Below are positions 26,246 through 39,605 of a DNA stretch of 64,000 nt, piece after piece. The position numbers and the translations under genes are program-made. The DNA lies in the NCBI GenBank assembly GCA_051362555.1, contig CM120649.1, positions 1,426,001 to 1,490,000 of the forward strand, given 5' to 3'. The notes beneath the pieces were generated by a model. That model saw only the letters and a list, made by a program, of their open reading frames with translations. It was not told the origin of the DNA and did no database searches. This stretch comes from Lingula anatina. Taxonomy: Eukaryota > Animalia > Brachiopoda. Positions within the stretch are counted from its first letter, which is position 1. Each line of letters opens with the position of its first letter.

Positions 26246-28308
26246 GCACACACACACACACGCACACTGTGAGTTGCATATGCTCATCACATGATGATGT
26301 AGCGCAGACCATTTTCATTTTATTAAACATAATCTAATTTATCTCTTACAGCGCTTGCCATAGTTTGCGATGACTTCTTCGTTCCCTCTCTCGAGATCAT
26401 CTCTGAAAAGTTAGACTTGTCGGAAGATGTCGCTGGCGCAACTTTCATGGCCGCCGGGTCGTCTGCTCCTGAACTGTTCACGTCTATCGTTGGTCTCGCC
26501 ACAGACAATAATGACGTTGGAGTTGGAACAATTGCTGGGTAAATTTTCCATTCGTAGGCTTTCAACAATTAATTATCTTTTAAACAAAACAAAGAGTAGT
26601 GAAGCTGACTTTTTGATGTAATTTTCATTTGGACCCAGTTTATATTAGAATTAGGCTAAGCTTACATCCATCGACAAATCAACGATGTAGATGCATGCTA
26701 CTAATAGTATCGCCAGTTTTATTGCAAACAACACGTCTGCCTCAAAAAGAAAAAAAAAAGTGTAGCAGAGGTAACAAATGCCTAGTGATTTCTAGTGAAG
26801 TCGATGTTTCGAGTATGACACTTTATTACTTATCACAATGGAAAAATCAATATCAATTTTCGTGTGCTACTGGTAAATCGATATGTCCATTTAATATTAT
26901 ATCACATATATTTCCATGTTTTCAAAGTGACGTTAGATAATCGCTAACTTCCCTCTGAAGTACAATTACGATACATGCTGTATTGTCACTAATTTTCACC
27001 AAGCATCAATTACTCATGGCGTCGTTTCAAAAATATTTAATATTTTACGGGTTTGCCGTCTGAATGAAATTTAAACGGTAAGTAAGACAATAAGGGGAAT
27101 ACATAAGGCTAGGAAAATTACAGTATTTGTTTTCCATCTTCTATCGTAAAACAATAAAGATTAAAACAAGATGGTCTATATGATAACTTATAAGAAGTAA
27201 TATCGATAAGGTTTGTCCGACATGTATGGTATTTGAAGAATACCTAGAAACATAATGTGTTCAGGAAAAACGGTTATTAAGCCCCACCTTCAGTAATTGC
27301 TTTTTGGCTAAATACTGATAGTAATCAAAATCATTTCCCGTGGTACCATTCTGATGCATTCCGGTGACCCCCTCTCTCCACATTATTTCATCAATTGAAC
27401 AAAGCAAGAATTCAAAGTTTAATTACCTATTTCGATTATGAATAGAAATTGTATTTATAAATAGAAATTATATTTATGAATAGCATTTAAGCTATTGTGA
27501 ACATATTGAACAAAGATTAACAAAATGTTCCAGAGTTTTTCATTTTATATCGTGTTTATGCCTGTATTTTCTCTCTTTTTTTCAGTTCCGCCATGTTCAA
27601 TATTTTGATAATCATTGCCCTTTCGGCTGCCTTAGCTGGTCAGGTGAGTTATCTCTTTTCATCGGTCGATTTAACTGCAAAAGAGAGATTGAAGAGGGGT
27701 GAGTGGGGGGGGGGGGGGGGGGGTACAGATCACCTGACCGTCACAAGACTTTTCGGTAACCTACCTATTACTTTTGAATAGTTATTGGTCTACTGACCAA
27801 ATTCCTAGCTAGAAAGGAAAAATGAAGTTTTTTTTCGGCGTATCTTAGGATCTTTTCTTTAGGTGACCCTGTTGAGTAATAGCCAAGTTGTTATGTTGTC
27901 CATTCTCTCAGTGTATCGGGTTTAAAAGTATACTGCTGTTAAAAAGCACCCATAATATATCATCATTGTCTACGTATACATGATAAGGTCACTCTATCTC
28001 ATCCATGAAGTAATCAACAAATCGTCTCTCTTTTGTGAAGTAATTTCCTAACATTAGTTCTAATAGTAGGATTTGTCTGCAAGGCCTTAAATATTTGCAA
28101 GATAGAATACGACACTCTCAGCGTACCACAAAGGGAAAGTAATTGGCAATTTCTTTCTTTCATTGTTCTTCGACACGAGTAGAACGGCTGTGTGTTTCAT
28201 AATCGATTTGCTGATTCCTACCTTATAGGAAGCCCAAGTACTTTGATTAGGCGATTAATCAGCTCAGCGTATGATTTGCGTGATTTAAGCCATAAAGTAC
28301 AAAATAAG

Positions 28309-28345
<37 letters not shown>

Positions 28346-30721
28346 CAATAGGAAGCCGTTTACATGTATGTAGGTCTGGTACTATTTGCTGATACTTTAT
28401 GTTATTGAACGAGTTCACAATACAATAAATGATCGCTGCACGTATTTATCATACCCGAGTCTGTGGCATTCATATATCAAAATTTAATCTTCAGAAAAAC
28501 GTTGCAAATCTCACCTGTTTTTTCTTTGATTTCTGAACAGGTCCTATATCTTGACTGGCGGCCGTTAATAAGGGACTCCATCTTTTACGCCACTTCCGTT
28601 GGCGTCTTCATAGTTTTTGCCTGGGACGGCAAATTAGAGCACTACGAAACGGCCATTTTGCTTTTTCTGTATATTTTGTATATAGTTCTTATGAAATTCA
28701 ATATACAAGTTATGGAATGGATGGCCGGATGGAATTTTTGGTAGGTTACTTACTGCTGTCTTTGCTTAATGTGATTTTCGTTATTTTTTTCTTTATTTTT
28801 TCTTTCTTTCTTTCTTTCTTTCTTTCTTTTATTTTATTTATTTAATTTTTTTTTGTATCAACATTCATACATATTTAAATACGTAAGAGCCAACTACATA
28901 TTCGAACTTCCTTAGGTAAAACTATCTCAATTAATGAGAAACGACACCTTAAAGCTTGGTGGACCTCCTTAATAAAACGAAAAAATAATATTGATATGCA
29001 GTCACAGTCATTTTATCATTTTTATCAGTGCATTTTCATCATTTTGGGGGTTTAGGAGAGAAGCGCCCCAATACCCATAACTCTCGCTTCTCTATCTTTA
29101 ATCCCTGAAGTGAACATAATGAGCAGGAAATGACTGCAAATGACCAGATATTATCGTTTTATTCATTAAAAAAAAATCTCGGTCAAGTTATAACGCCTAT
29201 ATTTGCTACAGCACTGAACTTGTGACCCACTACAACTTGATGGGTCCTCAAAGGGACCATTCCCAAATCGTATCGTACTAACTGTGGATCGATCTATCTG
29301 CAAGGGGATTGTTCCTAAATTGCAATCAACTAAAGCTGCTTAGATGTCTGTCACGCCTTCTGAAGGTGCTAGGAGGTAATGAATTATCGTTTAGCAGCTT
29401 CAGTAGGCTTGCCAGACATCTAAACTGCTTAAGCTGAAAGCAATTTAGCGAGAAACCCCTTGGAGATGGATCGATCCTGTTAGATCGATCTAGGTATGGC
29501 AACCAAGTCATAGACTGCATATATAGTGGAGTTCTTCTTGTTAATATTAATGTTTATGTTCATATTTCACGCAGTCCATGTCTGTGTCGACCTGTCATTG
29601 TCCCCACAGTAGAAGATACAGCTGCGGGGGCACAGGACTCGGAGGATGACATCCACAATCATAAAAGTGCCACCTTGCAGTCTGGCGATCTGCGAAAGGT
29701 AAAAATAGGGGTGTTTTCTATTTTTTTCTAAAAATTACCATTTACAGACGTGCTGTGCTTTACATCGTTTGAGAACAATCGGGGTTTTGACAAAACTGGC
29801 AGAGACAGAAAATATATGCAGCTTAAAAATGCACCTTTTGGGAAAAACTGCAGGAAGGTTTAGAATAATCAATTGAAAAAAGGCACGTTGACATATTGAC
29901 AGCATAAAAATACAGCGTATGAGACAACAATTGCTAAAACGCTATGAATAATCAAGAGATCCAGACTGGTTAGAAATTTGGACAGACCTGCATATTAGAC
30001 AGCCAGCTTTTGAGGAAAACCTGGCGACAAGTACATATGAATTAAATCTTCGACTTGGCAACGTCTGCTAAACATTTGAACATCTAATAAGCTTCTTTAT
30101 TCAGGCTACTAAAATCGAATACCGGAGGTCTACTGTTTCCTTCCAAAACGAACACTTTACAGAGAAATTATTTACCTTTGTATCTGTACTGTGGATCTAA
30201 TTTTTTCTTAAACTGTTTTGTTTTCATCCCCCTCTCACGTTCACCCTTTTTTCCCACCAAATCTGATTCTTTTTCAATTTCCTTTGGAATCCCTTCTTTA
30301 TTATTCATGTTTCATATTTCAGCTGTCAATGGCGGGCGGCCATGCTCGCCGTCTGTCAATCATCTCAGGAAGATCCAATCCCGACACGCACCACGATAAA
30401 CACTTTCATCACGTCCACCACGGCTCCCTGTCCGGAAACTTTGTGAGTTTTTCCAAGTTACTGTTCATAAATTAATACATCAGATATTCTTTGTTCTTTA
30501 TTAGAGATTTTTTTTTTGTTTGTTTTCTTTTGAAGATTTTTTTAAATTTAATTTGTTGTCTTGTTTTTGGTAATTAAGATAAAATGTTTTGTTTTGAAGA
30601 GGGTTAATTTTTGGCTTAGAGACCAAATCACGAATGTCGTGTAATACTGTCGATCCACCGTCACTTTGATCACGTAAATGGTGATTTCGAGACTGAATGT
30701 GACACAAGGGATCTGGAAAAC

Positions 30722-30768
<47 letters not shown>

Positions 30769-33700
30769 TTTGTGTGTTGGGGTTGATAAGGGGGGGGGAG
30801 GGGTCTGATATAAACAGCCTTGTGCACTTTCCTTAACTGCTTACGTAAAGCCAAGACCCAAGACCGTTTATCTTATTTGGAGATGGCTGAAAGAAATCTT
30901 TCTCATTTCTTTCGTGAAAATTATGTTCCTTTTTAAAATACTTTCTGCCATTCTCCTCCGGTTGCATAATTTTCTTGGGTAGCTTCCAACGTGCCTTAAG
31001 TGTCTGTGCGTAATGCACAAGATACGTGCTTCACTGTTGTGATTCAAGAAAAAAAAAGCAGACAATTTTTGCCCCAAGGGTATTAGATCACTTTATGTTT
31101 GCAAAAGTAACTAAATTAACGTGTACGTCTCAAAAGTTCAAGTAGCTTTTAAGTAACATTACCACTTTTCCCTAGACATCCTATACCATTTTCATAGTTT
31201 TAATAAATATCAGATAACTTTGTGAATCACAGTCTCAAATTATATTTGTACGGATATGAAGGTTTACCATAGACCTGGCGCTAAAAAAATTAGATTTGCA
31301 ATCCCAGTGTGCAACATTTGATGATCAATCTGTTAATCAGCAATGCAAAGGTCAGATCGTCTGAAACCATTTGATTATGACAGAAATGATGCCGTTTCAC
31401 TGGCCTCGAGCTGAAAAAAAAAATGCTCAAACCTTGCAGTCATTTGACGGATTTAATCACACCGTATCTTAAAATTAATACCACTACCATGGAATTTACG
31501 ATACATATTTGAGTATTGTGTTGTGTGTATTGTTTCTTGGAAGTGGCTATCTTCAGGATTTTGCTCATTTATATTGTATTCCGTACTCTTATTATCAAAT
31601 TTTGTAAAAAAAAAAATGTAATGTAGTTCTCAAAGGTTGTTGCGTTTGTCGTGAAGAGTAATATATCAAATATAAGAACATGCTTCGATTTGTCAGTAGC
31701 GTACGTTACAGCCAATTATTAGGTTTTGAATTAGCTTTGATGGCTGGTTTGTTCAGCATAAGGTTTCTATGAATTGATTGAAATATTGCATGTCCCTTTG
31801 CTTAGACCAAATACCAGTAGAGTAGGGTTCCGAATGAAAGCCTTGGTTATTTAGGCCTATTGGCAAATGGTAGATCTTGACACTGATTAGAGCCTAGTTT
31901 CACGAGGGGTTATTTTACCGAAGTCGGTCAAGAATTTGGCATTACAGCATGGATTTACAGATGCTTAATCCCGTTTCTTATCCGACTTAGGTAAGAACTT
32001 TAAATATGCATTCCTGAGAAACGCTGGGCGGGAGTTATTACTAATATGTTACTGCCTCCATTTCTTGTTGCAGAATAACTAACAACATGTTTCTTCTCTT
32101 TTTTCTCCCCCTTTTGGCTTGCTTATATCTTCTGCTTTCCATGTTCCTTTCCCCTTGTTTATTGCTTATTTTCCTGTTTTACTCTCTTTTATCTTGTTTC
32201 CGATTTCTGTTTGCCAATCCTTCTTCGATTTGGTAGTCGCAGTCGCCACCTGGTAGCCCGAAATTAAACCACAAAGATAGCGGGTATCACAGTCACGAAA
32301 CTAGTAATCAAACCAGTCAGTCGGAGCTCCGTAGCTATCGAGTGAATTCACTCGGGCATCAAGATACTTACAGGCATCGTAGAGATTCGTTGGGCATATT
32401 AAATACGCACAGGTCTTTTAAAAACGGATCCGTTCTGACAGCGGAAGATCCGTGTATAGAGAGGGTCCGCTGCAACTCTGCCGTTTCCAGCTCCAATGTG
32501 GAGCCAATAACGGAAGAGAGGCCCCGAGACGGTCCCCGAAAACCTCTCTCTGATAATTGGACCACTGAAACTGAGACTTCCCTCAATGATCAAAATTCCA
32601 ATGTGACTAAGAGAACAGACAGTAAAAATAAGCCACCGTTGCAAAAGAAAGGTTCTTTGCCGCCATTGCAGATGAACCAAAGGCTAAGCGAGGTGTACGA
32701 AATGGCGCCTTTGTCCCCTGTAAAATTGCCCCCTATAAAAAGTGAATGTAACATCTCCGCTGATGACAATTCCTCGGAAATAAACGGCTCGAAAACGCCG
32801 GACAGTTCGAAGGCTTTGATAGCTAACGAAAACGGGCAGTTACGGAAAAACCAGGACTACGCGACTACCAAAGAGAGCCACTGCAACCCTGCCGCTATGC
32901 TCCCTCCCGACTTCTCACCCACATTTTCTTCTAATCCTAATTTATCGTCGGTTCCTCCTTCCTCTCCCATGTCCCCTGCTTCCCACCAGGCCACCAAGAG
33001 GCTGTCCGTGGTCTATAGCTCCAGTAGTCATTCGACCACCGTCAGACCCAGCGTCCATCATACCGAGCCGCCGATTCCAGAGGCCGATTCTGAAGAGAAT
33101 GGGATGAAGCCCGGGTCACCAAATGAGGTAAGACTGCAATGTGCATTTGTTTTATTACATTATATTGAGTTCTTTTAAAAAATAGTAAAAATTAGGGGCT
33201 GGGGACAACAAAAATAGTTTAAGAGTCATAACCGAAACTCCCCTACACCTAATAGCGTGCTGTATACGATTCTGTGTGCTCTTTTTTTTTTTTTTTTTTT
33301 GACTCGTGATTCACTTCATTCGATTTCTACTTTATTGGAGACAGACGTCTATGACATTAAATTCTGCATAAAAATTGAAGCTCTTAATGCTGGAGACTCG
33401 CGTGAATACAATATTTTACAGCATGGACTTCGAAGTGTCGTCTATACCCATGGACATCATCACGAAACTGCCCTCCTTGTCACTGTTGCCATGTATGTTA
33501 CTGGATGACTTATCATATACACTTTGACATCAAAACCTTCTTTCTCAGAACTGATTATAAACATAAAACACACATCACACGGCTGTTAGCAACTATTTAC
33601 GTTGCTGAAACTTTTTATCAGGTACTATTTGCGTTTGACGGTCTTCATACATGTGTACTGTAGATAATGGTTGGTTTGACGGTTTTGAACCCGTATTATA

Positions 33701-34386
33701 TTTTGTCTTGCTTATCAGTTGGGTAAAAGTCGCATATTGGATTTGTGAAGACCCAACATGTCTGAAAAAAAAAAAAAGAGCAAAGAGCATCTTTTAGGTT
33801 TCGACTTTATGAAAAGCGCAATTAGGTAACAACGAAGACACTCAAGAATCCAAGATCTGTCCAAGCGTTTCACAGACGTTTTCCGTTAAAAAAACTCTCT
33901 TTAGATGATTTAATATTGATTTCTTTCCCGTTTATCAGTTTGCTACCCTGCGTTTCAAGGAACTCACAGTGACTCTCCACCCTGTCAGTAGGCTATACCA
34001 TGATTGATGCTAGGAAAAGTCACCGCGGTTCGCAGGGTGCAGTTTATGTAAAAAGAATAGATTTTCGCATTTATTTGTATCGAGTAAGATGTAATCGTTA
34101 CGGTCTCCTTTCTTTCATGGCTTACGACAGCCACCCTGAGCTTCAGTGAAGAGGTTAGTGTCAAGTTATCTCTGAAGCTCAGGGTGACGACAGCCGACAA
34201 CGTTCGTGTATAAGAGCATGTTTCAATTACATATGCTTTAGGTTACTAAATGTACATGAAGAAGCTGCCCCAAAATTTTAGTCAAAAATAGGGCAAGGCA
34301 CCCTGTAAGGGGTAGGGCGTCTAATTTATTTGCCGGGTTACCATATTGAAGATAAAATTCTCTCGTGCGCGCGAGAACTGACTCAT

Positions 34387-34423
<37 letters not shown>

Positions 34424-36882
34424 CGCTCCAACACTGCGACAAACATTTACTTCCTTTATTTACTAAAAATATTGCGCCATACTACGAGAGGCTGGAGTAA
34501 AAAAAATCTTAGTCGGACCCGATGTGCTGCCGGCTATAATAACTGAATACTCCCTGTAATATCCCGGTATTTTTCACAATAATCTAGTTCAGAGTCTCAA
34601 CCATGAGCGACTTAGTAATTTAAAGAAGTACACTCTCAATGGAAGAGAAAGAGGTGCCAAACACAAATGTGATGAGGATGACGTCAGCGATGAAAACAAC
34701 GAAAAAGAAGAAAAAAAAGAGTTATCCTACTGATATTTATTATAGACTAATATTTCTGTTTCATTACAATTAAATTTATCGTTGTTCCGTTCATCTTCCA
34801 GGGATCAATAGTAGAGATTGAGCCGGAGATGTACATTTTCCCGTGTCTTCCGCCTCTCAAAATGGCTCCCCCAGATTCCTCAGAAGCCAAAGAAAAGGGC
34901 GGATGTTGGCTGTGGTCGAAATTCATTTTAAAATGGGTTCTCTTCGTGATCTCCTTTCCCTTTGTGGTCCTCTTCACGTGGTCTATACCCGACTGCTCTA
35001 AAGATCACCTCAAGTAAGTAGCACCGGTAACTTAAGAAATTTTAAGATCGTGATAGGTGTTAAATTTCAGTCCGTACAAGGTAACTACGCTGTATTAATT
35101 GCATCCGTGTTGGCACATCCAAATGCTTTCTACTGGATATTTGCCATTGTGTAGGAGGCCTCATCGTTTTGATTAATTTAGTCCTACTTTTTATTTTTAT
35201 GTAACTTTCTTAGCGAGTATAGGCAACTTTCTTTAACATAATTTTATATATCTTGGAACATATCCAGAGGGCCGAGCAGCAATATTATCATTGTAGTCCT
35301 ATTTTGGTTGTATAATTGACGTCAAATGTATTTATTTTTTTGCCTTCTTTCAGGAAATGGTTCTGGTTCAGCTTCTTGATGTCGGTTGTGTGGATTGGAC
35401 TGCTGAGTTACGCCATGATCGTGGTAGTAGAAAGAATGGGCTGTATCCTGGAGATTGATACCTTTGTCATGGGGCTCGTCTTCATAGCCATCGGGACGAG
35501 TGTGCCGGTTAGTTCTGGCGATTTTGATTTTAAGGCCCTTAGTTTGGCTAAGAGAGTCATCGACACAAAACACCGCCCTCGACGCCGCCATTGTGCCGGA
35601 TTAAATTTGATTCCACATCCCCTTTTAATGTAATTTCTAATTTCATTTCAAAATACCTAACAGAAAAGCGTAGCCCACCACACGATGGGAAGGGTTAAGG
35701 TAAAAATCAAATAAAGTTGCTGTGGAAAATTAAATTTGATTAAAGCATTGGAAAAGAAAGGTAAAGCACACAAACAAAAATTGATTACCCGTTTCAGAAA
35801 ATAAAAGTGAGTAAGATTAGTGATTAACGAATGAACAAATGAGTAAAGATAAATTTTGTCAAGAGAAATTCACCAGTCCCTATGCCAATTACGAAATTTA
35901 AGTGACGCAAAATCTAGTAATTTGGAACTAAAAAAACGAGTGTAGAGATCATAATTCCATGAATAGGTTTGGATATGTTTTACCTAATTGTTTAAGAAAA
36001 AAGTGTCGAAACTAACAAAAAAAATGCTATATAAAAGTCTAACTTGCATTGTACACCTCTAATGACTGGCCCAATCTATCTCTGCGTCTATTTCACCGTT
36101 ATCTATAAAATATATCATTTCAGGATGCAATGAGCTCCATCTTGGTAGCCAGAGACGGGTACGGAGACATGGCAGTGTCCAATGCTATAGGATCTAATGT
36201 CTTTGACATCAACCTGGGCATTGGGCTGCCTTTTCTTATCAAGGTTATCATACAGAGTGGAGCACCAGTGTATCTGGTTAAGCCCGGTGTAAGTTTTTTT
36301 TTTTACTTTTTGCCGGGTTATCTGTGGCAGTAGCACAGGTGTAGAAGCGAGGGGGCAGATGGGGGGGGGGAGCCTCTCTTCTGCTTTCAACCATTTTATT
36401 CATCACCCTCTACCTGTTGCTTTTTTTTTCTTGAATGATTAAGACCTAACGGTTATCAAAAACGAAATATGTGACCTTAATGAATTATTGGCCTTAGTGA
36501 AGCATATTACAGTATCGGAAAATCACAAAGAAACCTTTATTAAAAAAGAAACGATTTTGCAGGTTTAGTGAAAAAAAATCGTCGACATCTTTCAAGTGTA
36601 CATGGTTAAATTCAATTTTATTTTAACAAATATATATCAAATTATTACAAATGAAGTATTCCTTCTCCTTTCCAGGAAACATTCTTATACATAGTGCCCC
36701 ATGTGAAGTTCGGGTTCCTGCTGCTGTTGGTCTTGTTGATAACTCTTGGCGTCTTCATGGGATCCAAGTTCGTCTTGAACAAATTCATCGGGTTCAGTTT
36801 TGTAGGAGTGTACGTCTTATTCTTAACCTATGCATTCATCCAAGAGTTGATCTGCCGCAAGCAGTTGAACACTTTCTGTTAA
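23088..36882 (+). CDS. SLC24A: K+-dependent Na+/Ca2+ exchanger (SLC24/NCKX family), 12 coding exons, about 883 aa
   Basis: Exons 23088-23259, 23597-23758, 26352-26538, 27586-27643, 28541-28740, 29575-29698, 30323-30442, 32237-33127, 34802-35013, 35354-35507, 36124-36288 and 36676-36882 join in frame (2652 nt) with GT-AG introns. Alpha-1 repeat [14 protein letters not shown]...[20 protein letters not shown]...GSAMFNIL; alpha-2 repeat GTSVPD...[16 protein letters not shown], which has the Asp typical of K+-dependent NCKX rather than NCX. The paralog number cannot be assigned. Confidence 0.95.
23597..23758 (+). CDS. SLC24 coding exon 2
   Basis: ttccag| [10 protein letters not shown]...[16 protein letters not shown] |gtgaga; RxLL motif and TM1 as in NCKX proteins. 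Confidence 0.85.
25968..26177. mobile_element. PIF/Harbinger-like MITE (about 27-bp TIR, TAA duplication) in SLC24 intron 2
   Basis: taa|agcccccctttacactggacggcgtcct ... aggacgtcgtccagtgtaaagggggct|taa. Confidence 0.8.
26352..26538 (+). CDS. SLC24 coding exon 3 (alpha-1 repeat)
   Basis: ttacag| [63 protein letters not shown] |gtaaat. Confidence 0.97.
27586..27643 (+). CDS. SLC24 coding exon 4
   Basis: tttcag| [19 protein letters not shown] |gtgagt. Confidence 0.95.
28541..28740 (+). CDS. SLC24 coding exon 5
   Basis: aacag| [16 protein letters not shown]...YIVLMKFN |gtaggt. Confidence 0.95.
29253..29509. mobile_element. Palindromic MITE, family A (SLC24 intron 5)
   Basis: Aligns end to end with 1034-1300. 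Confidence 0.75.
29575..29698 (+). CDS. SLC24 coding exon 6 (cytoplasmic loop)
   Basis: cgcag| [15 protein letters not shown]...GDLRK |gtaaaa; phase 2 in and phase 0 out, bridging exons 5 and 7. Confidence 0.8.
30323..30442 (+). CDS. SLC24 coding exon 7 (His-rich loop)
   Basis: tttcag| [40 protein letters not shown] |gtgagt; 120 nt, symmetric phase 0. Confidence 0.85.
32237..33127 (+). CDS. SLC24 coding exon 8 (large Ser/Pro-rich loop exon)
   Basis: 891-nt open frame after a long pyrimidine tract; tandem in-frame acceptors at 32236 and 32242; donor GAG|gtaaga. Confidence 0.8.
34802..35013 (+). CDS. SLC24 coding exon 9
   Basis: ttccag| GSIVEIEPE...[27 protein letters not shown] |gtaagt. Confidence 0.92.
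35354..35507 (+). CDS. SLC24 coding exon 10
   Basis: tttcag| [15 protein letters not shown]...[14 protein letters not shown] |gttagt. Confidence 0.95.
36124..36288 (+). CDS. SLC24 coding exon 11 (alpha-2 repeat)
   Basis: tttcag| [37 protein letters not shown]...KPG |gtaagt. Confidence 0.96.
36676..36882 (+). CDS. SLC24 last coding exon
   Basis: ttccag| [21 protein letters not shown]...[24 protein letters not shown]; AATAAA at 37420-37425. Confidence 0.9.
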   Translation, partial: ETFLYIVPHVKFGFLLLLVLLITLGVFMGSKFVLNKFIGFSFVGVYVLFLTYAFIQELICRKQLNTFC

Positions 36883-38622
36883 CATTTAGACGCGTGGCTA
36901 TAGTTACCTCAGAGGTGAGTTCCAGAAACTCTGGGACACTTTATCCGAGACGCCATTTTAGACCGGTTCAAATCTGGTTTGGTTTGTGTGAACGAGTCCC
37001 GTTCGAACCAGTTTAAGCTCAGGCGGACTTTTTTATGAGCGATATGTCAAAAACGATGAGTATATCATAACTTTATACAGGTAATTGAACATTAAGCAGA
37101 AAAAGCGATATTGACGTTTAATCAAAGCGCATGTTCTCCATTATCATCGTCCATTTTCACCATTAGATCTTGTGACTGGAAATTGCGGTGTAACTACAAA
37201 ATCAAGAAATATTTATTTGATTTTCAAGTTATTACTTACGCATTTATTAGACTGACAAACACTGTGATATATGTAAAGATGAAACAAAATGTCTGTCGCT
37301 GCGCTGATTCTATTAACTTCGGAATGAAGAGTTTGGTTTTCGTAATGTAAATATGATAATAATACATTGTACTAGAGTCGTGCTAATTTATACATCTGTA
37401 AATAGAGAAAGCGTCTTCAAATAAACTGTGTTCATTGTATGTTCAATATATGGGTTATTCTTGGGTAGAAAAAAATTGATTTATTATAGCACTGATGTTG
37501 GCAAGAACTAATGTTTGACATCATTTTCTGACATACAAAAGATTGCCTTAAAAAGTAGCTCTAAGATGTATAGGCCTACTTTATTAGGAGTCAATGTTTA
37601 TGCGATGACAATTGAGTGAGAAAGACAACAAGAATAATGACCCTGTGACGGGTGACTCTACGAGAAGCTGGGAAATTTGTCGTTGAAGATATTGGAACAA
37701 GAGGAGACGACAATATTTGTGCTCATATCTCTTTATTCTGTATTGAAGTGATCTGACTTGATAGAGATGGAGGTGATGTTGGAGATAATGTCAGAGATAA
37801 TGGTTCAAATGTGCAAAAATATACAAAACATATGCTTATACGACTACTAAATAATGAGCACTTTTATACCGGTATATGTATAAATATATAGATAGATATA
37901 GAGACATTTAACACATTTAAATGAAAGAAAATAACTGACAAATGACAAATTAATCTATGATTCAAATTAACTTTACTTTACAAACCTACACGCCACGTTA
38001 TGTCAAACTGATACAAATAAAATGCTTACAATATATGTAACTAAATATGTCTATATGCCATGTCTGCTACTTTATAAATGACCAACTACCTCAACATAGG
38101 AACAAAATTATTACATTTGACTGAACTGAGCTGACAGCCACATCTTAAAGGTACATACGAACCGATCATTGGTGGAGCGTGGATTCCCAGTAACACATGT
38201 AAACCACTTCTACTAGTTTCTTATAAGACTCTAGTAAATTCGACTGCCAAGGGATAAACTGAATAAATCACCCAATCAGCCATAAAAGAGCTTTAGAGTG
38301 CTCCTTTCTTTAAAATTTTGGTTGTCAATTTAACCTACTTTTGTGACCTACTTTTCTGCCCCATTGACATACAGCATAGAACGCTAGCAGAAAAATCTGT
38401 TCAAACATCACTTTCGGGTAAAATTAAACAATGCATTTTGGTAATTCTCTTAGTTATACTACTTGAAACTATATGCTGGCATTTGGTTGGTTTTTATGAC
38501 AAAAAAATGACCTTGTATGTATCTGTAAGCTACATTCATTAACACTGTAAGCAGTAATTTAATATTAAATATATTGGCATGACAGCTACTGCTATTAATA
38601 AATCACATCTGTTTCCTCTTAA

Positions 38623-39047
38623 CAGGGGCGGATCAAGGATTATTTGAAGGGTGTGGGGGTCCGCGGATGCCTAACTTTATGTAAAAATGGAGACTGTGTG
38701 GACATCTTGTACGGCCACCGTCAAGTCCAATGTGTTAGGTGTTACGTACTGGCTGTGGTTAAAACGGCGCTTATTGTGTTAGTTGTGCTGACTGCGCAAT
38801 TCCGAGACAGCAGGGACATTTCCTTCAGTGTCTCGAGGATGTGTAAGATTTTGTTAAACTCCTTGCAGGCCTCCACCTGTTTAATCCCACGGGCCTAAAC
38901 ATGGGACAAAATAAACATTGGTATTTTAGACGGCGAACGGTATCATTTGATTCAGCTAGTCAAAATTCTTATTTCAACAGGGGACCAGAATTCGAAGGAG
39001 GGGGGGGGGGTCAGGACCCCCTGACCCCCCCTCTAAATCTGCCACTG
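38623..39047. mobile_element. MITE family D (CAGGGGCGGAT...ATCTGCCACTG)
   Basis: TIR-like ends; 3' part shared with 44555-44825. Confidence 0.7.
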
Positions 39048-39605
39048 TGCACACACGAACACATACACACCATACGTAAAGCTCTACAATGTATGTGACC
39101 TTCTCACGTGCTTAAAACTTAAATGAAAAAATGTAACTCTCAAGTCTATTTTAATAGACTAAATTAAATTAAAATTACACATTTGTTTTTATTAATCCAA
39201 GCAGCATCTTACGATAAATGTGAAAATTATAATGTGTTTTATGTGAAGAACACGAGTTTTAATTTTGTAAAATATGCGTATCTAAGAGCCATTTTAATGT
39301 TGATATTTATGAATAATATAGATAGGTATAAATAGCCGCATAAACTATCTTCGGGACGTTGCATGACCAAGCCTTTATTATGCTCCTCAAAAACCTGCAA
39401 GGCACCATATTACTAAGTACTGTACACAATATATAGGCCTAATGTTATGTTGAATATTTCTATGTAGGCCATAGCGTGCTAAAACACCGTAGGGCAATTG
39501 TAAGCATTTTATAAATCAAGTTACTCGACGGGGAAGAGTAAACTATGCCCAAGTAAAATACAGCGCCATCATTGTCTCCATAGCACGGTTATTTACGGTG
39601 TAGAA

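Noticed and set aside
32342-33178. 278-aa ORF as a stand-alone gene
   Set aside because: It begins at GTG, is open further upstream to a splice acceptor and ends past a donor; it fits in frame as SLC24 exon 8.
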